The notes beneath the pieces are model-generated. The model saw nothing but the letters and a program-made list of their open reading frames with translations. It did not search any database and had not been told where the DNA came from. DNA of 64,000 nucleotides, taken from NCBI RefSeq assembly GCF_018977255.1, contig NW_024704744.1:71548001-71612000 (forward strand), given 5' to 3'. The stretch is from Callorhinchus milii. Its lineage: Eukaryota. Below are positions 11,618-23,210 of this stretch, piece by piece. The translations under genes were made by a program, and so were the position numbers. Position 1 is the first letter of the stretch; each line of letters starts with the position of its first letter.

Positions 11618-12472
11618 AAGCAAATGCAAGGATCATTATGAAAGAGCAATACAGGTTTGTACCGGGTGTCCTGGCAAACAACCCTCCAGAAAACATACAA
11701 AAAGAATAGTATTGTATGATCGAGCAATGAGAGCAGGCCCCATTCTGGCTGGTTCCTATAGCATTAAGGGCATCCACTATATAGCCGACTGAGAACATTT
11801 TGTGGTGCAACAAAAGAATTCAAATGCAAGCAAAACCACAGAACAGATCACAGCAATACTGTATCTACAGTGGCCTGTTCCTGTCCTCCCAGTGTTTCTG
11901 CTGTAGTATAGCCACACATCCGATCCCCCAGATAAAACTAGTCAATCACTTTGTGGCTGTTTGTGGGATACTGCTGTGTGCAAATTTGCTGCTGTGTTTG
12001 CCTAAAATACAACTTTACAGTAACTCCAGTGAAGTGCACTGAGATGTTTTGATGGCATGGTAAGGTGTTATATAAAATACAAGGATTGTTATTATTAATC
12101 AAGTCAATTGCAATGTTTCCTTTGAAACTAGAAAATGTGGCAAATACAAATCAGAATGCATCCAGCATCTAACTAGTTTTGATACTGGATACAGTAAACT
12201 GCCTTTCTCTTTCAACTGACCTGCTGCTGGGCATTCGCAGCAATTTCAAGAATAGACAGAACATAAATAAAGAACCTAGACAGTACAATACTGATTATTA
12301 AACTCATTTGGGGATTCAAATGAAAGTTATCAATCCTCATAGCTTTGCTGCCTTGGTTTATGAGATTAATTGAGCCACTCGGTGAGATTATATTTCCTCT
12401 ATATCCATTGTTCAGTGTCCAGCAATGCGTCTGTAAAGTGTTCTGAGACTTTATTTTACCTGAAGTGCACTA

Positions 12473-12791
12473 ATAATAATAATAATAATCCTTGCATTTG
12501 ATATAGCGCTTTTCACGTCGGGAGGACGTCCCAAAGCGCTTTACAGAATATACTGTAAAGTGAGTTGACTGTATATTTGTGGGCGAACGCGGCAGCCAAT
12601 TGCGCACAGCAATGTCCCACAAACAGTCATAGATTGAAAATGACCAATTTAATTATTGTTTTTGGTTTTGGAGGGATTATTATTAGGCGTGTGGAGTAAG
12701 GAAACTTGCCCAAGGTTTCGCCCTGCCTGGAATTGAACTCAGGTCTCTCGCTTGCAAAGCGAGTGCTCTAACCACTGAGCTACAGGACTCC
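12473..12791 (-). mobile_element. Full-length young tRNA(Ala-like)-headed SINE with 6-bp TSD gcacta
   Basis: Reverse strand starts ggagtcctgtagctcagtggttagagcactcgctttgcaagcgagagacctgagttcaattcc (pol III A/B boxes) and ends in (ATT)n; gcacta at 12467-12472 and 12792-12797. Confidence 0.9.
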
Positions 12792-13834
12792 GCACTACAT
12801 AAATACAAGTTGCATACAAGTTAAGTACTGTCTTTATGTGCATATTTTTAATGGATCAATGTCTTTATATAATCCTTAAATAATTTTCTATATTATAATA
12901 ATCCTTGCATTTGATATAACGCCTTATCCCATCTTTGCGACATCTCAAAGCGGTTCACAGAATATACTGTGAAGTGAATTGACTGTATATGGATTGGAAA
13001 CATCATTTATACAATCCCCAAGTTGTAAGTACCTGAATCCTAGCAGCCTTGGTATAAGTTTGTCCCAATATCTCATTTAAATGTTCCTTAATCCTGTCTT
13101 TGTGCATCTTTTTATTAAGACCTGTATATGATTCAGTGGTGCCCTCTTCTGTTGTGTATAGCAATGAAAGTACTGCAATTTCAGGTAAAGTCCAGTGCTG
13201 CTGCTCATACTCACCATGGCGATGGCTATTGTTGACTGTCTGTTCATACCCACAAATTGTTTTGTTTTGCCTGAGTTAACAGCAGGTAGGAACATTGCGG
13301 GAGTGGTTTCACCACATAATTTTACCCAACATCTTATCTGAGTCATGTGGAGGCTGCATCTGCCTTGTGATTCTGCTAGACATTAAGGGACACTCCCTCC
13401 CCCACTGCTATTTCAAAAAAACATGGAATCTTTCTCTCTGTTATCCTGGGTTAGATTCCCCTCCGCATCCAAATTCACCCTCAAATGAATTGGCTCCTCG
13501 TCTCATTGTTGGTTTGCAGGTTGTTGCTTGTGCAAATTAGCTGCCGGATTTGCCTGAGTAACAATACTCACTTTGTTTCTAATTAATCTCATTCTGTAAA
13601 ACGATGTTTCTTTCATGGTGCTGTAGAAGTGTAAGCTGTTGCCTAAGGCCAAAACTGCTGCCTTGTGTGTATAATCCTGAACCAAATAGAAAAATGCTAG
13701 CAATTGGCATGTGATAGAGTCCACCAGAAAACATAAATCTCAATTTAAAAAAAGTGTATTTTCTCTCAGAGTCCTTCAGATGAAGTTTTCTTTAGGCAAT
13801 TATCTGATGACAGTACTAATTGTTATTCAGCTGT

Positions 13835-14245
13835 CAGGGGGCATGCTATTGGTATCACCAATTTGTTGTAAATACCCTAAACCAGAAGGTTGTGATTTCA
13901 AGCCTCATGTTATGATGTTGAACTCACAGTCTAGGCTGACACTTCAGTGTAGCACTGGGGAGAATTTCATTGCCATACCTGCTGCTCTTCAGATGAGATG
14001 TTGAACCAAAGTTCAAGTGATAAGGATCCCATGGCACTATTTGAAAGGAGAAGGGAGTTTTTTCCGATATCTCGGCCAACGATCTCCCAGATCAAATTGG
14101 TTGCTCACTTCAAGGATATTTCTGAGACAACACTGTGCACAAACTGGCTGCCACATTCACCTACAAAATACACAGTCGCTACATTTTACAATAAATCCTA
14201 TGACACACTTTGAGTCCTCACAACATGAAAGGCAAGGATTATTAT
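13835..14245 (+). mobile_element. Near-complete old Deu-domain SINE
   Basis: agaaggttgtgatttcaag...gtctaggctgacacttcagtg...ggatcccatggcactatttgaaagg...aaactggctgccacattcacctacaaa. Confidence 0.7.
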
Positions 14246-14649
14246 TTTTATTTATTTAGAGCATTTAACATAAAACGTTGGTAAATTGCATCACCGTAAC
14301 ATGTTGTAAAGTAAATTATGGGCATGATAATTTCACAGTGATTTTCACCATAGGCCAAAAATGAATGGATAATGAAAATTGATTTTCAAAATATATTGTA
14401 GATTAAAGAAGTATAACATAATTCACTGAGAAACAGTGATTAAATAATCTCCATTATAATGATGGTGTTCAATTTCGCATACTTGTGTTTCTCTTGAATG
14501 TAATAAAGGATTAATAAAATATGTTTTGGGACCAACAGTTAAGTCTAGTGATTTGTCAAATGAAATACAAAGCGATTAAAATCAAGTGAGTAAAATATTA
14601 TCCTGTAATCCTTTCTCGTTTAAAAAAATCCATTACATTTTGGCAATAT

Positions 14650-15045
14650 AATCCTTGCATTTGATAAAACGTCTTTAATATCAAAAGGGTTTTACAGGAG
14701 ATTGTAAAATGTGGTCACTGTATATTGATAGGCTATTCTATAACTCAATTCTGTAACCATTGAGTACAGCAATGCCCCACAACCATTAAGTGAACAAATA
14801 ATTTTACCTGGAGGATTGTTGGCCAGGACATTGTCTTTTCTCTTTCTCTTTTCAAATAATGTCATAGGATCTTTGACATCTAACTGAAGATAGATAGAAC
14901 CTCTGTTTAACACCTCATCCAAAAGACAGAGAACTTCCAACAATACAACTTTCTCCCAGCATTGCACTGAAGTGACTATGGAGTCAAAATGGATGAACCC
15001 ACAACCTTCTGACTCATAGGCAAGAGAGATAGCAATTGAACCTGG
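14650..15045 (-). mobile_element. Near-complete old Deu-domain SINE
   Basis: Reverse complement of the same consensus (gaacccacaaccttctgactc at about 15000). Confidence 0.7.
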
Positions 15046-15194
15046 TTGATGTGCTGTTTAAAACATAAAACACGTTTTTGGATGTCCTTCAACAAACGGC
15101 ATTTATATAGCACTCTTCATGCAGATAGCATCTCGGAGCACTACACGATGGCCAGGTTACACACCAAGAAGGGAGAAGGGGAAGGGGGAAGTGA

Positions 15195-15645
15195 GGGGTG
15201 GAGGGACTGGACTATGAGGAGCGATTAAGTAAACTGGGCATGTTCACACTGGACAAGAGAAGGTTGAGAGGTGATATGATTGCAGTTTTTGAGATTCTAA
15301 AGGATCTGAATAATGCAGACCATGATAAGCTGCTTTATCTTGTGCAGAACGGGAGAACCAGAGGACATGGCTTGCGATTGAAGGGGGTCAATTCAAAACA
15401 AATCCGTGGAAACACTATTTCAGTGAGGAAGTAGTAAATGTATGGAACAGGCTCCCTACAGGGACAATGGAAGCAGAAAGTGTTGATACTTTCAAAAGCA
15501 AATTAGATAGATTTCATTTATGAAATAGTATCTTGGGATACAGTATATAGTTTGGGACATGACATATGCAAGCGACTGCCAGAATGGTGGAAGACCAACT
15601 GGATAGACCTGGTCTTCTCTCATCTAGCAATTCTTATGTTCTTAT
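15195..15645 (+). mobile_element. CR1 LINE 3' fragment
   Basis: YEERLSKLGMFTLDKRRLRGDMIAVFEIL...RTRGHGLRL is the typical CR1 ORF2 C-terminus. Confidence 0.88.
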
Positions 15646-16038
15646 GACCATAGAGATCAAAGATATGAGTCTTGAGGTGGCATTTAAAGATAGATAAAGT
15701 AGTGGTAGTGGCATAGCCAGTGAGTGGATGAGCCACGTAGACTCAGACGTAAATTTACTAACTGAGCCATTGGGGGAGCTTCAAGTTTATTTTGTTGTCC
15801 TTTCTATATTTGTTCAGTTCTCGGTGGGGGATGGGTGGCTGAGTGGTGGTGAAAAGCTGAGTAGCAGTCTGTCACTCTGCCCTGCACCTGTTGCTCTTGC
15901 TGAGTATTTCTGTAACTGACAGCTCAGTGCTACCACTGGGAACACTCCATATCAGGCACCTGAGATCTCAATGAACGTCAACAGATTTCAGTGAAAGAAA
16001 TACACAATAGAAAAGAGCACTGGAAATGAAGAGAATAG

Positions 16039-16260
16039 CCCTGCGTACATTATTATCCCTGTGTACATTACTGCCTCTGTGTATAATGCTGTCCCTGGGT
16101 ACAGTATTCCTCCTGTGTACATTACTGCCTCTGTGCAGTAATATCCCTGTGTAACTATTATCCCTATGCACATTATATACTACTGCTGCCATGTATGGCA
16201 GTGCCTCTGAGTAGCTCTGTACAATCCTGCTCCCATATGCGGCAGCGCCCTTGTGTGCCT
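16039..16260. repeat. Degenerate minisatellite, about 18-bp unit (tgtgtacattactgcctc-like)
   Basis: tgtgtacattactgcctctgtg occurs twice exactly, with many diverged units around it. Confidence 0.65.
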
Positions 16261-16557
16261 GATCCCTCCGCACACCCTCTCTGTCTCTCTGACTATTTTA
16301 TGTAGACATAAAGGGAGTTTCTCCTGGTGTCCTGCCAAACAATCCTCCAGCTAAACTTGGTCATTCACTACATGGCCGTTTGTGGAACATTGCTGCACCC
16401 AAATTGGCTGCCGCCTTCACCTACAAATACAGCCATTACACTTTACAATGTGAAGCCCTTCGAGACGTTCAACAATAATGATAAGGCACTTTATCAACTG
16501 GAAGGATTATTATTGTTTAATAAATATTGATTAACAGAGCTGTGCGGAATCTTTCAG

Positions 16558-16755
16558 GTACTGTTCTGTCTGGGTTCTCACTTCTGTGCTGCTCAGAGCC
16601 TCGGACCCTCCCCAGCCACAAGAGCAGTGACGAAACCCTGGCTTTGGTTTGCCTAAATGTTTGGGTGGGCATCGCTCAGCTCTTCACTGTGCCCTTTCTA
16701 CTGGTGGGTTGGCTCTGGAGCATAACCTGGGGAGTGATGATGGTCAACCTATCGT
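16558..16755 (+). CDS. STUM/SPEC3-family membrane protein, coding exon 2
   Basis: Acceptor tctttcAG, donor GTAAGT at 16756, phase 1/1, 198 nt. GTVLSGFSLLCC...VCLNVWVGIAQLFTVPFLLVGWLWSITWGVMMV matches the family motif Q..T....VGW.WSI.WG. Confidence 0.9.
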
Positions 16756-17059
16756 GTAAGTACTTTCCCCACAAAGACAATTCAGATCAAGGTTTAATTT
16801 GCATAAGTTTTAACGGGATTCCTAAATAATCCCTTTAGAGTTCCGGTCCACCTGTGCATTCTTTGCTCTGGAAGTAGAACATGTCAGAGCTGAGTGACTT
16901 CCAATTTCTGGAAAGAGTCTCCAGTTACATGGCTCGGAATCTATCTCAATTAACTTGGTCTCTTTCACGTAAGTTGAATGTCTCGAAGAGTTTCACAAAC
17001 ACTATAGGGATTACTGAGCAGATAGTGAAAGGTGTGAGTGGTTGATCAATCGCATAACT

Positions 17060-17132
17060 GGGCTTTGTGAACCGATGCAGACCCGATGGGCTGAATGGCT
17101 CCCTTCTGCACTGTAGATTTCTACGTTTCTAT
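17060..17132 (+). mobile_element. CR1-type 3' tail
   Basis: gcagacccgatgggctgaatggctcccttctgcactgtagatttctacgtttctat. Confidence 0.7.
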
Positions 17133-17467
17133 AATTCTTTATCAAGGAATTACAGGTATGAAATAGTGCACCTTAAGCCAATTGACAAGAGATCCTTCTT
17201 TGGGGGGAAAGTTCTGAAACTCCGACTTAATTTGTAAGCCTTAATTTCTTAAAAAGAACTGCAGTAAACCATCCTGCAAAATAAGAATAAGTTTAAGAAT
17301 TTGTCTAAATTCTGCACATACTTTTAATGTTCGACAATGGTCTTAAGGCTAAGACCCTGAGCCACTTTGTGTCGCTGTGTAAAAAAAACTCACCAAGCCA
17401 GTTTGCTTTTGATAAAGCTGCTCTAAAATCATTTGCAAATCCTGTTTTTTCTTTCTCCTTGCTGCAG

Positions 17468-17565
17468 GTGAACGGAAGAGCCCTGCCAAACCTCAAACCA
17501 CCATCGCTGGAATGAAAAGCCCAGTCGTGTTCCTGCCTTCCTGGATGAGTGACCCTGTAAAATAA
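17468..17565 (+). CDS. STUM/SPEC3-family membrane protein, probable last coding exon (CERKSPAKPQTTIAGMKSPVVFLPSWMSDPVK*)
   Basis: Strong acceptor ttttttctttctccttgctgcAG about 710 nt after exon 2; the phase-1 frame stays open to TAA at 17563-17565. No homology support for this tail. Confidence 0.6.
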
Positions 17566-18659
17566 GATCAATTTGAACTTTTGACCTGTTCAGGTCAGTC
17601 CTCCATCATAAATTATCCCATGTTAATACTTCACAGCTTGGACTCATTGCACTGGAACAGTACGACTGATCACAGACAAATGGACATTTTAAGCGATGGC
17701 ATTTTTCTTAGGAGGAAAAGTATCTTTTAGAATATTAGGCATCTTCCATGTTGTCAAATGTTGCATTAGATATCTATAGGTGAAATATGTATCCATATTG
17801 CTTTGAATTTAATGATATTGCTATTATTTTGAATGGATAATTTTGTTTTCTAGTTTTCTTACAAATTGTTTGTCACTTATTTCTTTCTCAATGTGATGCT
17901 TTGACAAGGCAGCCAAATAGGTGACAGCCCTAATGTTACCATTAGGGAGTCATTCAGACTCATCAAACAGTGGACCTAGTACTGAATCACAAGGTAGAAA
18001 TGCTCCTTAGGATATTGTTATGTATACCCATTCCAATTCTCATTCCATTCAATTGCAATAAGAACATAAAGTCCAAATCAGGAAAAGATTATTTGGTCCA
18101 ATGAGCTTGCTGACTATACAGTTTATATGAAACCTACCCTGTTGTGGATTTCAATCCACCCACTCTATCTTCTGGGGAAACTCCAGAGATTTCCTAAATC
18201 CAGGTTAATCATCAATAGCAACTAGAACTTACATAGCACTCTTTACACACATTAGCATTTTGATACTCTTTGCAAAGACAGTGTAGCAGGGTAAGGAAGG
18301 AGAGAATGTTTGAAGATGTTGACTAAAAGGAGCAAGAAGAAACAATCTTATAAGAAGGAATTAAGTAGAAGCACCTAAATATTCTTCCTGGGGTGGGATA
18401 AGGAGATAAGGATTGGGACTGAGTTGGTACCAATGTGACACCAGGCAATGAAAATGAGCTGATCCTCTGGGGCAATATGTGTGGATCTTGAATCAGGTAG
18501 GTCCACAGTATTCCAAAGCAATGTTGGTGAACGACCAAGCAGCCTGGCTTGCTAACATAACATAGAGGTGCAAATCAGTCACTAGAACAGAGGTAGGGAT
18601 TCTTCCCACTTGACTCTTGTTAACCCTGCAGCCAAAATTCTAATGATTTCCTGTGTGGT

Positions 18660-19030
18660 TCACAGCCCCTACCGACCTGCCCGTACCCTCCGTTCCTCTG
18701 GCTCCGGTCTGCTCCACATCCCCTGCCCCAACCGCCCTACTATCGGTGGTCGGGCCTTCAGCCTCTCAGCCCCCAGGCTCTGGAACTCTATCCCCCAGTG
18801 CCTTCGCCGCCTCCTCCCTTTCCTCCTTCAAAGCCGGTCCTGAGACCTTTCTCTTTGACCGTACCTTCAGCTCCCCTCTCGACTCTCTACCCCCTCCTCG
18901 CTCCCTCCCTTCCCTTCCCTCATCCTGACCATTTCCCCCCGGCTCGGGTCCTGACCCAATTGTACAGTGCCTTGGGACGTCCTCCCGACGTGAAAGGCGC
19001 TCTATAAATGGAATCTTGTTGTTGTTGTTT
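18660..19030 (+). mobile_element. L2 LINE 3' fragment
   Basis: PYRPARTLRSS...GGRAFSLSAPRLWNSIP, then tail gggacgtcctcccgacgtgaaaggcgctc...(gtt)n. Confidence 0.88.
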
Positions 19031-19194
19031 AATTGAGCTGAATTTAGCAACACTCAGTTCCCTGCATGCTTTTTAGGTCAACGTAATGTCACTATTCATT
19101 ACTGAACTGAACCGCCACACACACTATACATCCCCATAACATAGGAATCAGTGTCTGATTGAACATTTGTCAGCCGTGCGTCAACTTTGCTCGT

Positions 19195-19600
19195 AGAACT
19201 CTCGCCTCTGAGGGGTTCAACGCACCACGTCTGGCCTTGCAACTCATATAGTCTGAGCTGACACAACGGTGCAATACTGGGGGGGATGCAGCATTGTTGG
19301 AGGTGCCATCCTTCAGATAAAACATTAAACTGCGGCTCCGTCTGCCTGTTCGGGTGGACATTTAAGGTATCCCATGGTACTTTTTGAAAAGAGAAAGAAG
19401 TATCTCTCGGTGGCCTGGTCAACAAATAAAATCACTTCATGGCTACTTGTGGGACATTGCTTTGCAGAAATATTGGCTGTCCTATTCACCCACAACTCCA
19501 CCCCCACCCCAAAAAGAAACATACACAGAGCCACTGCACTTTACAGTATATCCTGTGAAGTGCCTTGGGACATCTTTCCAAGTAAAAGATGGTATACCAA
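19195..19600 (+). mobile_element. Old Deu-domain SINE
   Basis: gcagcattgttggaggtgccatccttcagataaaacattaaac...gtggacatttaaggtatcccatggtac. Confidence 0.7.
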
Positions 19601-20029
19601 CCATCCCCATATCCTGCAGTACTACACAAATGAAATCAGGGCTATAATCTCAACACAGAGCAGCAGGAGGAACTGTAGGTAATGTATTGCACAGTGGACA
19701 GCGGGCAGTTCAAAGCTATTTTTTTAAAAAAGGAAAAATATCCTTATTAACAAGTGTGAATTGTCCATTTTAAAAAGTGGGATCAAACGAGCTTTGTTGC
19801 AATTTTCACAAGCCACGCCCATTTTTCCTAACCCTGCCACGGAATCCAGAAATCCAGCCACGACATGTTCATTCACGATGGAATTTATGTTTAAAGCTGC
19901 AACAAGTTAGCATAACACAGAGAGTGAATGCCTCTCATTGCCGATTCCCACGGAAAGCAAAGATCCATTCCATGTTTAGTCACAGCTTGTTTCACCTATT
20001 TTCGTATGCATAGATCTTTATTTAAGATA

Positions 20030-20325
20030 AAATAGATATTGTTGTTACAGATCCCCTGCCCTGAATTTGCTGATCCCAGTTCAGCAGCCTCAGGTGTCCT
20101 ACAATTTGTACTCAAGGGCCCTCACAGGAGGGATAAAAGCAGCCATGGTTCCCTGCTGATGGTGGAAAAGCCATGGTTGAAGTACAGAATCAGATTCGGC
20201 CAAAATGCCTACCAGGGCAATAGCTTGTCAGCATTCCCTATCCACGTAAAGAATGGCTAATAGAGGGTGTTTAGCACCTACAGAATTCTACCCAGCAAGG
20301 AGGCGAGGAGACAAAATTGAGGGAG
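20030..20325 (+). mobile_element. LF-SINE-like element
   Basis: gtacagaatcagattcggcc...gtaaagaatggcta...ctacccagcaaggaggcgaggagacaaaattg resembles the LF-SINE 3' end. Confidence 0.5.
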
Positions 20326-21999
20326 GTGGAAATTCACACTTAAACTGAGTGCCTATCAATCGTAATAACTGGCACTGTATTCCACCTCCTCGCCTCAATT
20401 GCCACAGTAGGAACTCCACACCCAGTTGCTTCTGCTGATCCAAACCAATGCGTTTGACCTGTACTCTTGCTACTAGTGCTCTTGTAGAAACTTGCCAAGG
20501 CAGAGTCAATGGGAATTGTTTTTTTTTACAGAACAGCTAAAAGCAGGACAAGCAGATTTTCATTCTCCAGTATTGCACAGACTATAATCAGCTGCAGTTT
20601 CCTGCTTAATCGTCTGTTATCCTAAATAACTGAAAACATTTTGAGCGTTGTGATATTTTAGCAGTGAGATTCAGATGCCTGACATAGGCTTTGAACAACC
20701 CTATATTCAAACTCAGAGACACACAACAATGAGAAAAAACAATATTCATTGTAAATTAATTTGCTGAAACAATCTGTGCCAAGGCACTATAATAATGGTA
20801 ACCTGGTCTTTGTGAGATGAGATCAAATTTTATTTATTTGAATACATTTTTTAGTTTGCCTTAATACAAACACTTAAAATTCTTTACAAATGAGTGGCTG
20901 CAATGTCTTGGGTATTTTATTAGTTAATATTTCATTTGTTTTTGGAAATGGTCTGAATAATTTAAAACTGGTTCAACGGGCAATGGACTTCACATGGTTA
21001 CATGCTTCAGCATATGGCAGCGCCAGAGACTGGAAATCTTTGGGACATAGTTACCCAAATATTGTTTCCAAATTCAGCTTTTTGTACTTCTAACATAGCT
21101 TAAGCTGGGGAGAATCAGTAAGACTCTGGTTGGTAGTTCAAATATATACATAACACCATAAGACTACATACTTACGATGCACATGTGTATATGCCATTAA
21201 GCCTGTTCCTTTGATTTCGGTATTACATTAATAATGGATTAGCCCCTTCCCAGTGCTCTGTACCTACTGCACTAATCTCTGTATCTAGACAGTGAGTCAT
21301 TGTTTGCATAATTAAAAAAAAGCATACTGGTGAACATTGGGAATTAAACCATTTTCTCATATACATTGCCAAGATTGGGACTGGCTTATTTCTTACAGTG
21401 ACATTTTACGTAACGTGGGCTGGCTCAACTATTATTGGCAGTTGTCATACTTTCAGTGTTAGTACTATAATAAACCATTTCTCAATTCCCTAGGCCCTCA
21501 TCCGCTCCTGTATAACCTCCAATGTTGTTCCCATTAAGATACTACTCTTGTGCAGACATGCTCTAACATCCTACAATTCAAATTTTATTTTTCAATGGAG
21601 GTCTCACCAGTGATGTATAGAAGGTAATAAAAATGATTTTAATTTTAGAGTTAAATTCTGTCTGGATACAACCAATCCTGTCCCCAAGCCTTGGCTCTTG
21701 CTAACCTGCGCCTATGACTTTCCGGAATTAGGAAAGCAGGAGGCGTCCCTCCAGGGAGAGAGTGCGTATTCCATTCCAACAATGTATCTCTGAAATTTCC
21801 ATGTGTAGGTGGGATACAAGGAATTCTCAGTTTGGTTTGAATACTCTTAAGCACGGTGATGGGTGTCCCTATGTATCAGACACCAAGCTGACCAAATTAA
21901 AACTAACATAAAAACACAGGGAATCAGGAAAAAGCCATTAAAGCCATCAAGCCTGTCCCTCCAATTTATTACATTTTGTCAGAAAAAAAATAAATTCTT

Positions 22000-22350
22000 G
22001 CATTTTATATGGTACCTTCTCATATTGTCCAAATGTCCTAAAGCATTTTTGTAGGATTTACCATAAACTATAGTGAATGTATATTTGTAAGCAAACACAG
22101 CAGAGATTGTTGGCTGGCACATCAGAATAAATTCCCTTCTCCTTTTAAATAGTGTTATGGGATCTTTAACATCCACTGAATAAGTAGATGTTACCTAGAT
22201 TTCACATCGCATTTGAAGGACAATGCCTCCAACAATGAAGCAATTCCCCAGGGCTGCATTTCAGTGCCAACCTAGATTTTGAGTTCAAAGTCCTGATGCG
22301 GGTCTTAAATCTGTAACCTTCTGGCCTAGAGGTGAGAGTGTTACTAAATA
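22000..22350 (-). mobile_element. Old Deu-domain SINE
   Basis: Reverse of cagtggatgttaaagatcccataacactatttaaaagg... Confidence 0.65.
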
Positions 22351-23096
22351 AACCCTATGTCTTCTTGTCACAGGATCAATCAGCGTTTTAAATGAACCCT
22401 GCACCCTCAATCTTAACCACCCTTTATAACCAGGCTGGTCGCTAATAACACTATGGTTTCTATTCCGCAATTGCATTTTGCTCTTAACCTATGTCCTCTG
22501 ATTCTACTGTCGAGGTGCATCTTAATGTAGTGATCTGGGTTTATTTGATCTAGTCCCTAGAGGAAGGGGGGAAAAAATTGCATGATCTGACTACAGCTGA
22601 AATTTATCTTATCCTCTTATCAACTTGACATGTTGCACAGTGCGCCTTGACCTTTTATATAGTTTACCCAATTAAAAAAAAATCCTGGCTTCTCTCCCAA
22701 GCCCCGAGTGCTGTTATGAGCTGGATTTGTCAGAGGAGCAAAGTGGAGGAGCAAAGTGAGATTTTCTTCACGTGAGAGAGAGAGAAATAGAAGGGTATGG
22801 GAGGGAGTAAAGGATTGAGTGAAGGTTCATGTGACCTATAAACACCATTTAGTTGGGTTGAATGGTTATATTTTCTTTGTAGCTCTTTGTAAGGTGGCCT
22901 TTTCACCCTGCTGACATTGATATGGAGCACAACATGAGGGAAAGTAAAAACGGGACAAAATAAAATGACACAAGTTGGGATACAAACTTATAAAACATAT
23001 CACACAATATTTAACCGATCAGATAAAGGAATCAGGCAGAAATGACTGTCACTCTTATTTTGGAAAAATACTGGTCAGCAACACCCCAAATAAAAT

Positions 23097-23210
23097 TAAA
23101 TGCAAAATACTGCAGATCTGCTGGAAATCTGAAACAAAAACAGAAGACGCTGGGAACACTCAGCAGGTCTCAGCACCAGGTCTGGGTATTCCCAGCAACT
23201 TCTGTTTTTG
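23097..23210. mobile_element. Short Penelope-derived inverted-repeat fragment
   Basis: gcaaaatactgcagat..ctggaaatctgaaacaaaaacagaag...ctgggaac / ttcccagcaacttctgtttttg; same family as 52991-53230. Confidence 0.7.
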
